A DNA stretch of 32,000 bases from NCBI RefSeq assembly GCF_900105015.1, contig NZ_FNLK01000001.1, forward strand, positions 12,448-44,447, read 5' to 3'. The translations under genes were made by a program, and so were the position numbers. The notes beneath the pieces were generated by a model. That model searched no databases. It was not told the DNA's origin and saw only the letters and a list, made by a program, of their open reading frames with translations. This stretch comes from Schaalia meyeri. GTDB lineage: Bacteria > Actinomycetota > Actinomycetes > Actinomycetales > Actinomycetaceae. Below are positions 8,200 through 16,342 of this stretch, in pieces (position 1 is the first letter of the stretch; each line of letters starts with the position of its first letter).

Positions 8200-9273
8200 T
8201 CAGCGTGAATCTTCCTTGCTGATGGCCTCGTAAAGACCGTTGAGATAGACCAGCCCCAGCGCCCGGTCGTAGAGGGGGTAGCCCGCTCGCCCGGATTCCC
8301 CCCAGATCATGCGACCGTGGTCGGGGCGCACGTACGCGTTCGGGCAGGCGTCGTGGATGGCCCGCATGATCGCGTGCATGTCGAGGTTGCCATCGCTGGA
8401 CAGGTGCGCCGCCTCTTGGAAGTGCTTGTCCCCCAGGTACCGGACGTTTCTGACATGCGCGGCGGCGATGCGTCCACGTTCCCCAAAGCGCCGGAAAATG
8501 CCGGGAACGTCGTTCTCGGGATTGGAACCCAGCGAACCGGAGCACACGCACAGCGAGTTCGCCGCGGAATCGACGAGGCCGACGATTTTCTCCAGGTCAC
8601 TCTCCTTGTTGCAAATCCGTGGAATGCCGAATAGCGGCCACGCGGGGTCGTCGGGATGGACCGCCATGCGAATGCCGACGCGCTCACACGTGGGGATAAT
8701 TCCCTCCAGGAAGTACCTGTAGTTTTCCCGCAGGCCGTCCTCGGTCATCGCCGTGTATTCGGCCATCACCTCATCGAGGTGGGCCATGCGATCGGGTTCC
8801 CATCCCGGAAGGGGGAAGGAGGATCCGTCGAGGGTCGCCTTCACGATGTCCTGCGGCGTCATCCCCGCAAGTTTTTCGTGGTCGTAGTACAGGCACGTCG
8901 ACCCGTCGGGGTTGACGTGGTTGAGTTCCGTGCGAAGCCAGTCGAAAACGGGCATGAAGTTATACACGACGACCTTGATCCCGAACTGTGCCAGGTTCTC
9001 CAGGGTCGCGCAGTAGTTTTTGATGTACTCGTCTCGCGAAGGTTTGCCGAGTTTAATGTCCTCGTGCACGTTGACCGACTCGATGACCTCCACCTCGAGG
9101 CCCGCGGCGTGGACCTCGTCTACGTATGAACGGATCTCCTCCTGTGGCCACACCTGGCCCACGGGGATCCAGTCCATCGCGCCCATCAGGCCCGTTGCGC
9201 CGGGGATTTGCTTAATGTATTGGAGTGGGATGGGGTCATACTGGCTTCCATACCAGCGGAACGTCATTTTCAT
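8200..9273 (-). CDS. uxuA: Mannonate dehydratase
   Basis: 357 aa. The N-terminus [25 protein letters not shown] is characteristic of UxuA. ATGA overlap with the upstream reductase gene. Confidence 0.9.
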   Translation of the reverse strand: MKMTFRWYGSQYDPIPLQYIKQIPGATGLMGAMDWIPVGQVWPQEEIRSYVDEVHAAGLEVEVIESVNVHEDIKLGKPSRDEYIKNYCATLENLAQFGIKVVVYNFMPVFDWLRTELNHVNPDGSTCLYYDHEKLAGMTPQDIVKATLDGSSFPLPGWEPDRMAHLDEVMAEYTAMTEDGLRENYRYFLEGIIPTCERVGIRMAVHPDDPAWPLFGIPRICNKESDLEKIVGLVDSAANSLCVCSGSLGSNPENDVPGIFRRFGERGRIAAAHVRNVRYLGDKHFQEAAHLSSDGNLDMHAIMRAIHDACPNAYVRPDHGRMIWGESGRAGYPLYDRALGLVYLNGLYEAISKEDSR

Positions 9274-10880
9274 TGTGCGAACTCCTTGTCGAGTAGGGAC
9301 CGAACGGCGTGGGGGCCGACGATCATCTGGGCGAAGAACTCCTCGACCTTCGCGGCGAGGGGCGTTGTGTAGAGGTCGATTCCAAAGATCTCGGGGCGTG
9401 AGAGAATTGGTCGCAAAGCCCCGCGAGCCGTGGCGACCTCGCCGAGGCTAACGCATGAAAGCACTGAGCGAAGTTCCGTCAGGAGGGGGTCTGGGGACAG
9501 CTCGATGGGCTCGCCGTCGTCGCCGACTCCCATGAGGTACCGGCACCAGGCGGAAAAGACGAAGGGGATCGCGACCAGGTGATCGAGGCCGTGCGCGTCC
9601 GTGGCCAGGTAGGCTTTGATCGTCTCGCCGAAACGGATGGGGATCTTTTGGGACGTGTCCGTTGCAATGCGCTGGGGCGTGTCACCGAGGAACGCATTCG
9701 GGAAACGTTCTTCCTCCACCTCCCGCAGAAAATCGTTGGGCGAGACGACTCCGGGATCGACGACGACGGGCATTCCCTCGTCCCAGCCGAGTCGGTGGAC
9801 GAGGCCGGCCAGCCCGGGGTCGTGCATCTCCGCGTCGATGGTCGGTTTCCGCAGGAGCACGCCCGTGATCGCCAGGGCGGTGTGAAGGGGGTTCAGGCAC
9901 GCCGTCACCTTCATGTGTTCGAAGCGATCACAGGTGCGCCTGTCCGTGAAGTGGACTCCCACCTTCTCCAGGCGGGGTCGGCCGTTGGGAAATGAATCCT
10001 CGATGACGAGGTATTCCGCTGGTTCGGTGTTCACGAAGCCCGCGAGTGGCGTGGGACCGACGTCTGTTTTGAGCGCCATGTCGTTCAGTCCCAGCGCTTG
10101 AAGGCGATTGGAGACCGCTTGGGCGGGGCGGGGGGTGATTTTGTCGATGACAGAAATCGGGAACGAGACGCGGGTTTCATCGTTGAGCCACGTCAGGAAG
10201 TCGCTTTTGACTTTGCCTCGCAGGTGCCACTGCCGGGCGATAGTGGTCACTGAGTCCTTGAGTTTGTCGCCATTGCGGGAAAAATTGTCGCACGAGAGCA
10301 GGGCCAGCGGTTCGCCGCCGGCGGCGAACCGCTGGTACAGCAGTCCGGTGAGCATCGCCATGGTGTGTGACATCGGTTCGGCGGGGTCTTTTTCGAGGTC
10401 GTGTCGCACAGGTTCCTGGAACGATCCGTCAAGGGTTCTCAGTTGGTAGCCCTTTTCGGTGATGGTGAAGGACACGATCTGCAGCGAAGGAGTTGTAAAG
10501 AGCTCGGTTGCGCGGGCGAAATCGTCTGCGCGCCGGTAGGCGAGGCCCTCGCAGATCGAACCGATGACGGCCAGGTCGGTCTCGCCGTCGGCGTGCAGGG
10601 TGACTCCCAGCGTGAGCAGATCGAACGCCGCCAGCTGGACGTCGAGCTCGGTGGGTAACAGGGGAACTATGGCGCTGATCCCGCACTGGGGTTCGCCGAG
10701 ATTCATCAGGTCTTGTGCCAGGCGCGCGATGTAGACGCGGAAAATGTTGCCCGGACCGAAGTGGGCCCAGCGCGGCTGGCGTCGGGCTTCGTCGCGCATC
10801 GCGCGAACATTGAATCGGGGCACTTCGATATCGGTGCCCGCGAACCCGTTGGCCTCTAGTGTGTCCAGCGTAAGCCTCAT
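9270..10880 (-). CDS. uxuB: Mannitol-dehydrogenase-family oxidoreductase, most likely fructuronate (D-mannonate) reductase
   Basis: 536 aa. N-terminal Rossmann segment HFGPGNIFR. Long-chain mannitol dehydrogenase architecture. Translationally coupled to uxuA. GGAGGA 6 nt upstream of the ATG. Confidence 0.75.
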   Translation of the reverse strand: MRLTLDTLEANGFAGTDIEVPRFNVRAMRDEARRQPRWAHFGPGNIFRVYIARLAQDLMNLGEPQCGISAIVPLLPTELDVQLAAFDLLTLGVTLHADGETDLAVIGSICEGLAYRRADDFARATELFTTPSLQIVSFTITEKGYQLRTLDGSFQEPVRHDLEKDPAEPMSHTMAMLTGLLYQRFAAGGEPLALLSCDNFSRNGDKLKDSVTTIARQWHLRGKVKSDFLTWLNDETRVSFPISVIDKITPRPAQAVSNRLQALGLNDMALKTDVGPTPLAGFVNTEPAEYLVIEDSFPNGRPRLEKVGVHFTDRRTCDRFEHMKVTACLNPLHTALAITGVLLRKPTIDAEMHDPGLAGLVHRLGWDEGMPVVVDPGVVSPNDFLREVEEERFPNAFLGDTPQRIATDTSQKIPIRFGETIKAYLATDAHGLDHLVAIPFVFSAWCRYLMGVGDDGEPIELSPDPLLTELRSVLSCVSLGEVATARGALRPILSRPEIFGIDLYTTPLAAKVEEFFAQMIVGPHAVRSLLDKEFAQ

Positions 10881-10906
10881 TGCTTATCCTCCATGGTTGA
10901 GCACAC

Positions 10907-10928
10907 AAACGTTTCATACAGCGAAACG
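10907..10928. promoter_or_regulatory. Candidate IclR/KdgR-type operator, copy 1, in the uxuB/iclR divergent region
   Basis: AAACGTTTCATACAG, containing the 8-bp palindrome AAACGTTT. It also forms CGTTTC-n7-GAAACG. Motif copy 2 is at 11055-11069. Confidence 0.35.
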
Positions 10929-11054
10929 CTTGTTTCTATTGGTTAAATCTTAGCTTACCGGGGTTGAGGGGTCAACGATGATTTTTAGCGTCTGCGTGCG
11001 CCTTCCATTCTTAATAGGGTCGTGTTAGGATGACAGTGTTTCATCCTGCCAAAC

Positions 11055-11069
11055 CAACGTTTCGCATAG
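11055..11069. promoter_or_regulatory. Candidate IclR/KdgR-type operator, copy 2
   Basis: CAACGTTTCGCATAG matches copy 1 at 12 of 15 positions (AACGTTTC..A.AG). It lies ~40 nt upstream of the preferred iclR start. Confidence 0.35.
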
Positions 11070-11107
11070 TTGGTAAAGTGCGCGAGGTGTCTGACAAGGA
11101 GGCAGAG

Positions 11108-11908
11108 ATGGGTGGAAGGGGAGCCGAGGCTTCACGAGGGCGTGGCGAGCCGCCCGTCATTGGCTCAGTCGACAAGGCGTTGCGGGTCATCGAGCGCATG
11201 TCCCGGCTTGACGCCCGTGGCTGCGGCCTTTCGGAGTTGGCAGCCGACCTCTCCCTCAACAAGTCCAGCCTGCACCACACCCTTGCCACTCTCAAGGCGA
11301 GGCACTGGGTCGAACAGGACTCAGACGGTCGCTACCACCTCGGGCCCGCCTCGTCGGTCGTCGCCCATTGGTGGGGCGGGTCCGACAGGGTGACCGCTGC
11401 GTTGCACCCGATCCTAGAAGTCATTTGCGAGCAGTCCTGCGAATTGGTGCACCTCGGTATCCTTTCCGAAAAGTTCGTCGTGTACATGGACAAGGTCGAA
11501 CCTGATCGGGCCGTGCGCGTATGGTCCCAGGTGGGAAGACGCGTGGCGGCGGCCGTCACCGCCATGGGGCGGGCATTGATCGGAGCGCAACCACAGGACA
11601 CCCCTGACATCGACGCCTGGCTCACTGCCGTGCCGGACGCCCCGCCGCGTTTGCGTGGGCGGCTAACCGACGAGATCGCACGCGTGCGCACGCACGGATA
11701 CGCGATTGAAATCGAGGAGAACGAGCCCGGCATCGCCTGTGTCGGCGTCCCCCTGCTGGTGGTGGGAAATCCTGTGGCGGCTGTGTCGATCACGATGCCC
11801 GTTGAGCGCTGCAGCCACGAGCGGCTCCGCGACCTCGCCGCCCTCATCATCCGTTCCGTCAACGATGCATCGCCGGAGGAAATCGCTGTGGCATCGCCAC
11901 ATCCCTAA
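11108..11908 (+). CDS. IclR-family transcriptional regulator (KdgR-like)
   Basis: Start moved to ATG 11108, with AAGGAGG 5-6 nt upstream. wHTH segment SVDKALRVIERMSR...LSELAADLSLNKSSLHHTLATL. C-terminal IclR effector domain (GYAIEIEENEPGIACVGVPL). Confidence 0.85.
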   Translation: MGGRGAEASRGRGEPPVIGSVDKALRVIERMSRLDARGCGLSELAADLSLNKSSLHHTLATLKARHWVEQDSDGRYHLGPASSVVAHWWGGSDRVTAALHPILEVICEQSCELVHLGILSEKFVVYMDKVEPDRAVRVWSQVGRRVAAAVTAMGRALIGAQPQDTPDIDAWLTAVPDAPPRLRGRLTDEIARVRTHGYAIEIEENEPGIACVGVPLLVVGNPVAAVSITMPVERCSHERLRDLAALIIRSVNDASPEEIAVASPHP

Positions 11909-11943
11909 TGCACTCACAACCCGTCGCATAACAAGGAGGTCCT

Positions 11944-12576
11944 ATGCGTCTCGATCAAATACTACGCGCCAACCCGGTGATACCGGTCGTGGTCGTCAAC
12001 GATGCACAAGAGGGGGTGGACGTGGGGCGTGCCCTGGTCGCGGGCGGGATCAGCACCGCAGAGGTGACGTTCAGGACCGCGGCCGCCCCCGACGCAATAG
12101 AAGCCATGAACGGCATCGACGGGCTCGTGGTGGGCGCGGGAACCGTGCTGAACGCGCACCAGGCGAAACGAGCGATCGAATCGGGGGCGCGCTACGTGGT
12201 GTCCCCCGGTTTTTCGGCGGACATCGTCCGCACGTGCCAGGAGGCGGGAGTGCCCGCGCTGCCCGGATGCTCAAACGCCAGTCTCATCATGGCCGCGCTC
12301 GCGATGGGCATCGATGTCGTGAAGTTCTTCCCGGCCAACATCCTCGGAGGGGCCGGTGCGATCAAGGCCTACTCGGCGGTGTTCCCCGGTCTGCGTTTCG
12401 TTCCCACCGGGGGCGTTTCCCCATCACTTCTGCCCGAGTACCTGCGTATGCCCGAAATCGCGGCATGCGGGGGCTCTTGGATGGTGCGCCGCGAACTGGT
12501 TGAGAGCCGCAATTGGGCAACAATCACCGCGCTCAGCGCCGAGGCGGTGCGCATCGCGAAGGAGAGCGGGCGATGA
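11944..12576 (+). CDS. eda: 2-dehydro-3-deoxy-phosphogluconate (KDPG) / 4-hydroxy-2-oxoglutarate aldolase
   Basis: 210 aa. Motifs: VIPVVVV, ISTAEVTFRT, VGAGTVL, Schiff-base lysine context VKFFPA, PTGGV. AAGGAGG upstream. Confidence 0.9.
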   Translation: MRLDQILRANPVIPVVVVNDAQEGVDVGRALVAGGISTAEVTFRTAAAPDAIEAMNGIDGLVVGAGTVLNAHQAKRAIESGARYVVSPGFSADIVRTCQEAGVPALPGCSNASLIMAALAMGIDVVKFFPANILGGAGAIKAYSAVFPGLRFVPTGGVSPSLLPEYLRMPEIAACGGSWMVRRELVESRNWATITALSAEAVRIAKESGR

Positions 12577-13673
12577 GCATGCAGTTGCGGAGCGCACACG
12601 AGTGCACGTTCGACGTAGTCTCCCTGGGCGAGGTCATGCTGCGGTTGGATCCCGACGAGGGACGGGTGCGCACCGCCCGCATGTTCCGCGCCTGCGAAGG
12701 GGGCGGGGAATACAATGTTGCGAGAGGCCTGCGTCGTTGCTTCGGTCTCAGGGGAGCGATCGTGACCTCGCTGGTCCGCGACGAGGTGGGGCGTCTGCTC
12801 GAGGACCTCATACTCACTTCCGGTCTGGATACCCGCTTCATTCAGTGGGTAGATTCCGATGGCGTCGGACGCGCCGCGCGCAACGGTTTAAACTTCACCG
12901 AACGTGGGTTCGGCGTGCGCGGGGCGGTGGGAACCTCCGATCGCGGCCACACAGCCATATCGCAGATGGCCCCCACCGACGTCGATTGGGACCATTTGTT
13001 CGGACACCTGGGGGTCCGTTGGTTCCACACGGGAGGCATATTCGCAGCCCTTTCCCAGCGCTCGGCCGAAGTGGCGAAGACCGCGATGTCGGCCGCAAAG
13101 CGCCATGGGACGGTGGTTTCCTATGATTTGAACTACCGTCCGTCCCTCTGGAAGGGCATCGGTGGGATCCAAAAGGCGCGCGATGTCAATCGCGAACTGG
13201 CCCGTTACGTCGACGTGATGATCGGCAACGAGGAGGATTTCACCGCCTCGCTGGGTTTCGAAGTCGAGGGAGCGGACCAGAACCTCACAAACCTCCAGGT
13301 TGACTCCTTTGAACGAATGATCATGCGGGTGCAGCAGGAATACCCGAACTTTGAGGTCATCGCGACGACCCTCAGGCAGGTCCGCACGGCGACGACCAAC
13401 GACTGGGGCGCCATCGCATGGTCCCGCACGGACGGTTTCGCCCGGGCGACGCAGCGCGATGGGCTGGAGATCTTGGACCGCGTTGGCGGGGGCGACTCCT
13501 TCGCATCCGGTCTGATCTATGGGCTCATGGCCACCAGCGACATTTCTCAGGCCGTTGAATACGGGGCCGCCCATGGTGCTCTCGCGATGACCACACCCGG
13601 CGACACCTCCATGGCATCGGTCGAAGAGGTCGAACACTTGATGCGCGGAGGAGGGGCGCGGGTGCGCCGCTGA
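12573..13673 (+). CDS. kdgK: 2-dehydro-3-deoxygluconokinase (PfkB/ribokinase family)
   Basis: Start moved to ATG 12573, giving an ATGA overlap with the eda stop. Motifs: DVVSLGEVMLRLDP, DLNYRPSLW, C-terminal VGGGDSFASG anion hole. Confidence 0.85.
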   Translation: MSMQLRSAHECTFDVVSLGEVMLRLDPDEGRVRTARMFRACEGGGEYNVARGLRRCFGLRGAIVTSLVRDEVGRLLEDLILTSGLDTRFIQWVDSDGVGRAARNGLNFTERGFGVRGAVGTSDRGHTAISQMAPTDVDWDHLFGHLGVRWFHTGGIFAALSQRSAEVAKTAMSAAKRHGTVVSYDLNYRPSLWKGIGGIQKARDVNRELARYVDVMIGNEEDFTASLGFEVEGADQNLTNLQVDSFERMIMRVQQEYPNFEVIATTLRQVRTATTNDWGAIAWSRTDGFARATQRDGLEILDRVGGGDSFASGLIYGLMATSDISQAVEYGAAHGALAMTTPGDTSMASVEEVEHLMRGGGARVRR

Positions 13674-13675
13674 CA

Positions 13676-13725
13676 CCGGCGCCCGCCTGGGGGCCGTCGG
13701 GGGACGGGCCCCAGGCGGGCGCCGG
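13676..13725. terminator. Bidirectional GC-rich terminator hairpin between the convergent kdgK and rpiB-like genes
   Basis: ~20-bp near-perfect stem CCGGCGCCCGCCTGGGGGCCG / CGGGCCCCAGGCGGGCGCCGG filling most of the 61-nt spacer. No clear U-tract. Confidence 0.5.
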
Positions 13726-13734
13726 AGATGGGCG

Positions 13735-14298
13735 TCAGTAGGCCAGGCCCCTGGGCTCCTCAGCCAGCACTGCGCTGGCGGGATCCACGACCGTAAACCC
13801 GTTGGCCTTGTAGGCCTCGTAGTCAAAGTTCTCGCACTCGTCGTACCCGATGCGGTGGTATTCGTAGAAACCGTCCCAGGCCTCGTACCCGCTGCCGAGT
13901 GAGGATTCGAGGAAGGCGTCGGCCATGGCCATCGCGGTGCGCGGGGCGACGTAGAAGGAGCCCATGGCCAACAGGTTCGCGTTGTTGGCGGCTGCGCAGC
14001 GGCGGGCGGCCGGCACGGACTCGCAGACGGCGGCGTGCACGTGCGGGACCTTGGATGCGGCGATGTGGATGCCCATGCCGGTACCGCAGAACGCAAGGGC
14101 CCGCTCGAATTTGCCTTCGGCGATCTGGGCGCCCAGGGCGAAGCCGACCCGGTGGTACATGGGGGTGGTCGCCGGGTCGGGCGTCAGGTCCGTGACGGTC
14201 CATCCTCGCTCTTCGAGGTGAGCTTTGACGGCTTCCTTGAGCGGGTGTCCGGCGAAGTCGGCGCCGACGACGACGTGCTTGTCCTCAATTGTCAGCAT
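13735..14298 (-). CDS. RpiB/LacA/LacB-family sugar-phosphate isomerase, divergent, with a C-terminal extension
   Basis: 187 aa. Catalytic-Cys block FCGTGMGIHIAASK (compare E. coli RpiB ICGTGVGISIAANK). Overlaps the 3' end of the upstream permease gene by 14 nt. Confidence 0.85.
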   Translation of the reverse strand: MLTIEDKHVVVGADFAGHPLKEAVKAHLEERGWTVTDLTPDPATTPMYHRVGFALGAQIAEGKFERALAFCGTGMGIHIAASKVPHVHAAVCESVPAARRCAAANNANLLAMGSFYVAPRTAMAMADAFLESSLGSGYEAWDGFYEYHRIGYDECENFDYEAYKANGFTVVDPASAVLAEEPRGLAY

Positions 14299-15331
14299 GT
14301 GCTCGTCCTTTCAAGAGGTGTCGCAGTTTCGTCCAGGAGAAGAGCCCTTCGTTCATGCAAATCACGAGCAAAAGGACACCTCCCCAGATCAGGGGTCGAT
14401 AGAAGTTGGAGATGGCCGGGAACATGTTCAGACCGGAGGAGAGGACCTGAAGCATGAGGATGGAGAGCAGGACGCCGCTGAGCCTGCCGGAGCCGCCGTT
14501 GGGGTTGACGCCTCCGAGGACGACGATCAACACGGTGAGCAGCGTGTAGGAGGCACCGTAGTCGGCTTTCGCCGAATTGTAGTTCGCCAGCATGACGATG
14601 CCAGCCATGGCCGCCATGACGCCGGAGAGCACGTAGGTGCGGATCAGCAGGTTGTTGACCTTCAGGCCCGAGAAACGCGCCGCGGTGTCGTTGGTGCCCA
14701 GCATGAGGATGGTCGTGCCGAACCCGGTGAACGCGACGATGAATCCGGCCACCAGCGCGCACACCAGGAACACCAGGAGCGGGACGGGGACGATCCCAGC
14801 CACCCGCGCGGAGAAGACGGCGCCGAACGCCGGGGGCACCCCGGAGACGGGTTTGCCCTGGGTCAGGATCAGGGCGACGCCTCCAAAGAGTTCGAGGGTA
14901 CCGAGGGTGGCGAGGATGGGCGGGATCTTCAAGACTGCGACGAGGAGGCCGTTGATGAGCCCGCAGAGGATGCCGACCCCCAGGGCGACGCCCAGGGCGA
15001 TGAGCGCGGCAAGCATCATGGACGAGGGGGTGACGGCGCTTGCCAGGGTGGCGCGCAACGTGAGGGCCGCGCATATGGAGGTGACGTTCGCGATGGCGAC
15101 GACGGACAGGTCGATGCCGGCGGTGAACATGGTGAACATGACACCCAGGCTCATGAGGCCGAATTCGGGGAATTGGACCGCCATCGATTGCCAGGTGCGC
15201 ACGGCGAAAAAGGGTCCGGGCCGCACGGCCGCGAAGAAGATGAGCAGGAGGATAAAGACGATGACAAGGCGCGTCATGTAGCTGTCCTTTTTCAGGAAAG
15301 CGAGACGCGGAGAGGTGATGAGCGTTGACAT
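14285..15331 (-). CDS. Sugar ABC transporter permease (CUT2 / BPD_transp_2 type), importer 1
   Basis: 348 aa, polytopic. Conserved TAGIDLSV block and C-terminal GGVNPNGGSG block, typical of RbsC/LsrC-like permeases. Confidence 0.9.
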   Translation of the reverse strand: MSTLITSPRLAFLKKDSYMTRLVIVFILLLIFFAAVRPGPFFAVRTWQSMAVQFPEFGLMSLGVMFTMFTAGIDLSVVAIANVTSICAALTLRATLASAVTPSSMMLAALIALGVALGVGILCGLINGLLVAVLKIPPILATLGTLELFGGVALILTQGKPVSGVPPAFGAVFSARVAGIVPVPLLVFLVCALVAGFIVAFTGFGTTILMLGTNDTAARFSGLKVNNLLIRTYVLSGVMAAMAGIVMLANYNSAKADYGASYTLLTVLIVVLGGVNPNGGSGRLSGVLLSILMLQVLSSGLNMFPAISNFYRPLIWGGVLLLVICMNEGLFSWTKLRHLLKGRAHADN

Positions 15332-15340
15332 GTGTTCCTC

Positions 15341-16342
15341 CTAGTGTCCGGCTCGGCGGGCGCGCATGACCTGGAGCGCGGAGACACCGGTTCCGACGAT
15401 GATGAGCAGGCCCAGGGCAAAGCCCTGCCAGAATGTCGGGATCCCCATGAGGATCATGGAGTTTTGAACGATGACGATGAGCAGCGTGCCCAGCATGACG
15501 CCGGTCAGCGTACCCTTTCCGCCGGTGATGGCGGTGCCGCCCAGGACGACGGCGGCGATGACCATCATTTCCATGCCCAGCAGGTTGGTGGGGTGCATTT
15601 GCCCCATGGAGCAGGTGCGGACCATGCCGGCCAGGGCGGCGATGATGCCGACCAGGACGTAGAGCCAGAACTTGGTGGCCCGGACCTTGAAGCCGACGCG
15701 CGCGGCCGCGCTCTCGTCGCCGCCGATGGCGAAGAGGGAACGCCCGAACATGGTGTATCGGGTGACGAAGAACGCGACAGCGAGGACCCCAACCAAGATC
15801 AGGAAGGACACGGGCATGGCCGATTGCAACCCGGAGTTTTCGTTGCGGGCGACAAACAGGGACGCGGACCCGAAGGCCTGCATGGACTGCGGGATCGTAT
15901 TGATCTGGACGGACTTCAGTGCCCCCTGCATGACACCGTTAAAGACGTTGGCCGTGCCCAGCGTGATGATCAGCGTGGGGACCGTGAGCCTGGAGGTGAA
16001 GATTCCGTTGAAAGCGCCCAAGATCGCGCCGAAGGCGGCGGCGATCAGGAAGGGGATGATGACGGGGCCGTTCCACCCGTGGTCAACCAGGATCTTGGTG
16101 GTCACGTAGACCGCCAGGGAGGCCAGCGCGGGGAAGGACACGTCAATGCCGCCGGAGACCAGGACGAGGTGCGCGGCGATGGCGAACAGGCCGGGGACGA
16201 CCATCGCCCCTGCCAGGTCGACCATGTTGTTGACGGTGTAGAACTGTCCGGAACGCGCCTGGATGACGAGCGTGAGCGCGGCGATGACCAGGAAGACCCA
16301 GAATTCGTTGGCTCGCAGCAGTTTCGTGATTGTTCGGGGCAT
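15341..16342 (-). CDS. Sugar ABC transporter permease (CUT2 type), importer 1
   Basis: 333 aa, polytopic. SGGIDVSF block and GGTAITGGKG block. Start overlaps the ATPase stop. Confidence 0.9.
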   Translation of the reverse strand: MPRTITKLLRANEFWVFLVIAALTLVIQARSGQFYTVNNMVDLAGAMVVPGLFAIAAHLVLVSGGIDVSFPALASLAVYVTTKILVDHGWNGPVIIPFLIAAAFGAILGAFNGIFTSRLTVPTLIITLGTANVFNGVMQGALKSVQINTIPQSMQAFGSASLFVARNENSGLQSAMPVSFLILVGVLAVAFFVTRYTMFGRSLFAIGGDESAAARVGFKVRATKFWLYVLVGIIAALAGMVRTCSMGQMHPTNLLGMEMMVIAAVVLGGTAITGGKGTLTGVMLGTLLIVIVQNSMILMGIPTFWQGFALGLLIIVGTGVSALQVMRARRAGH

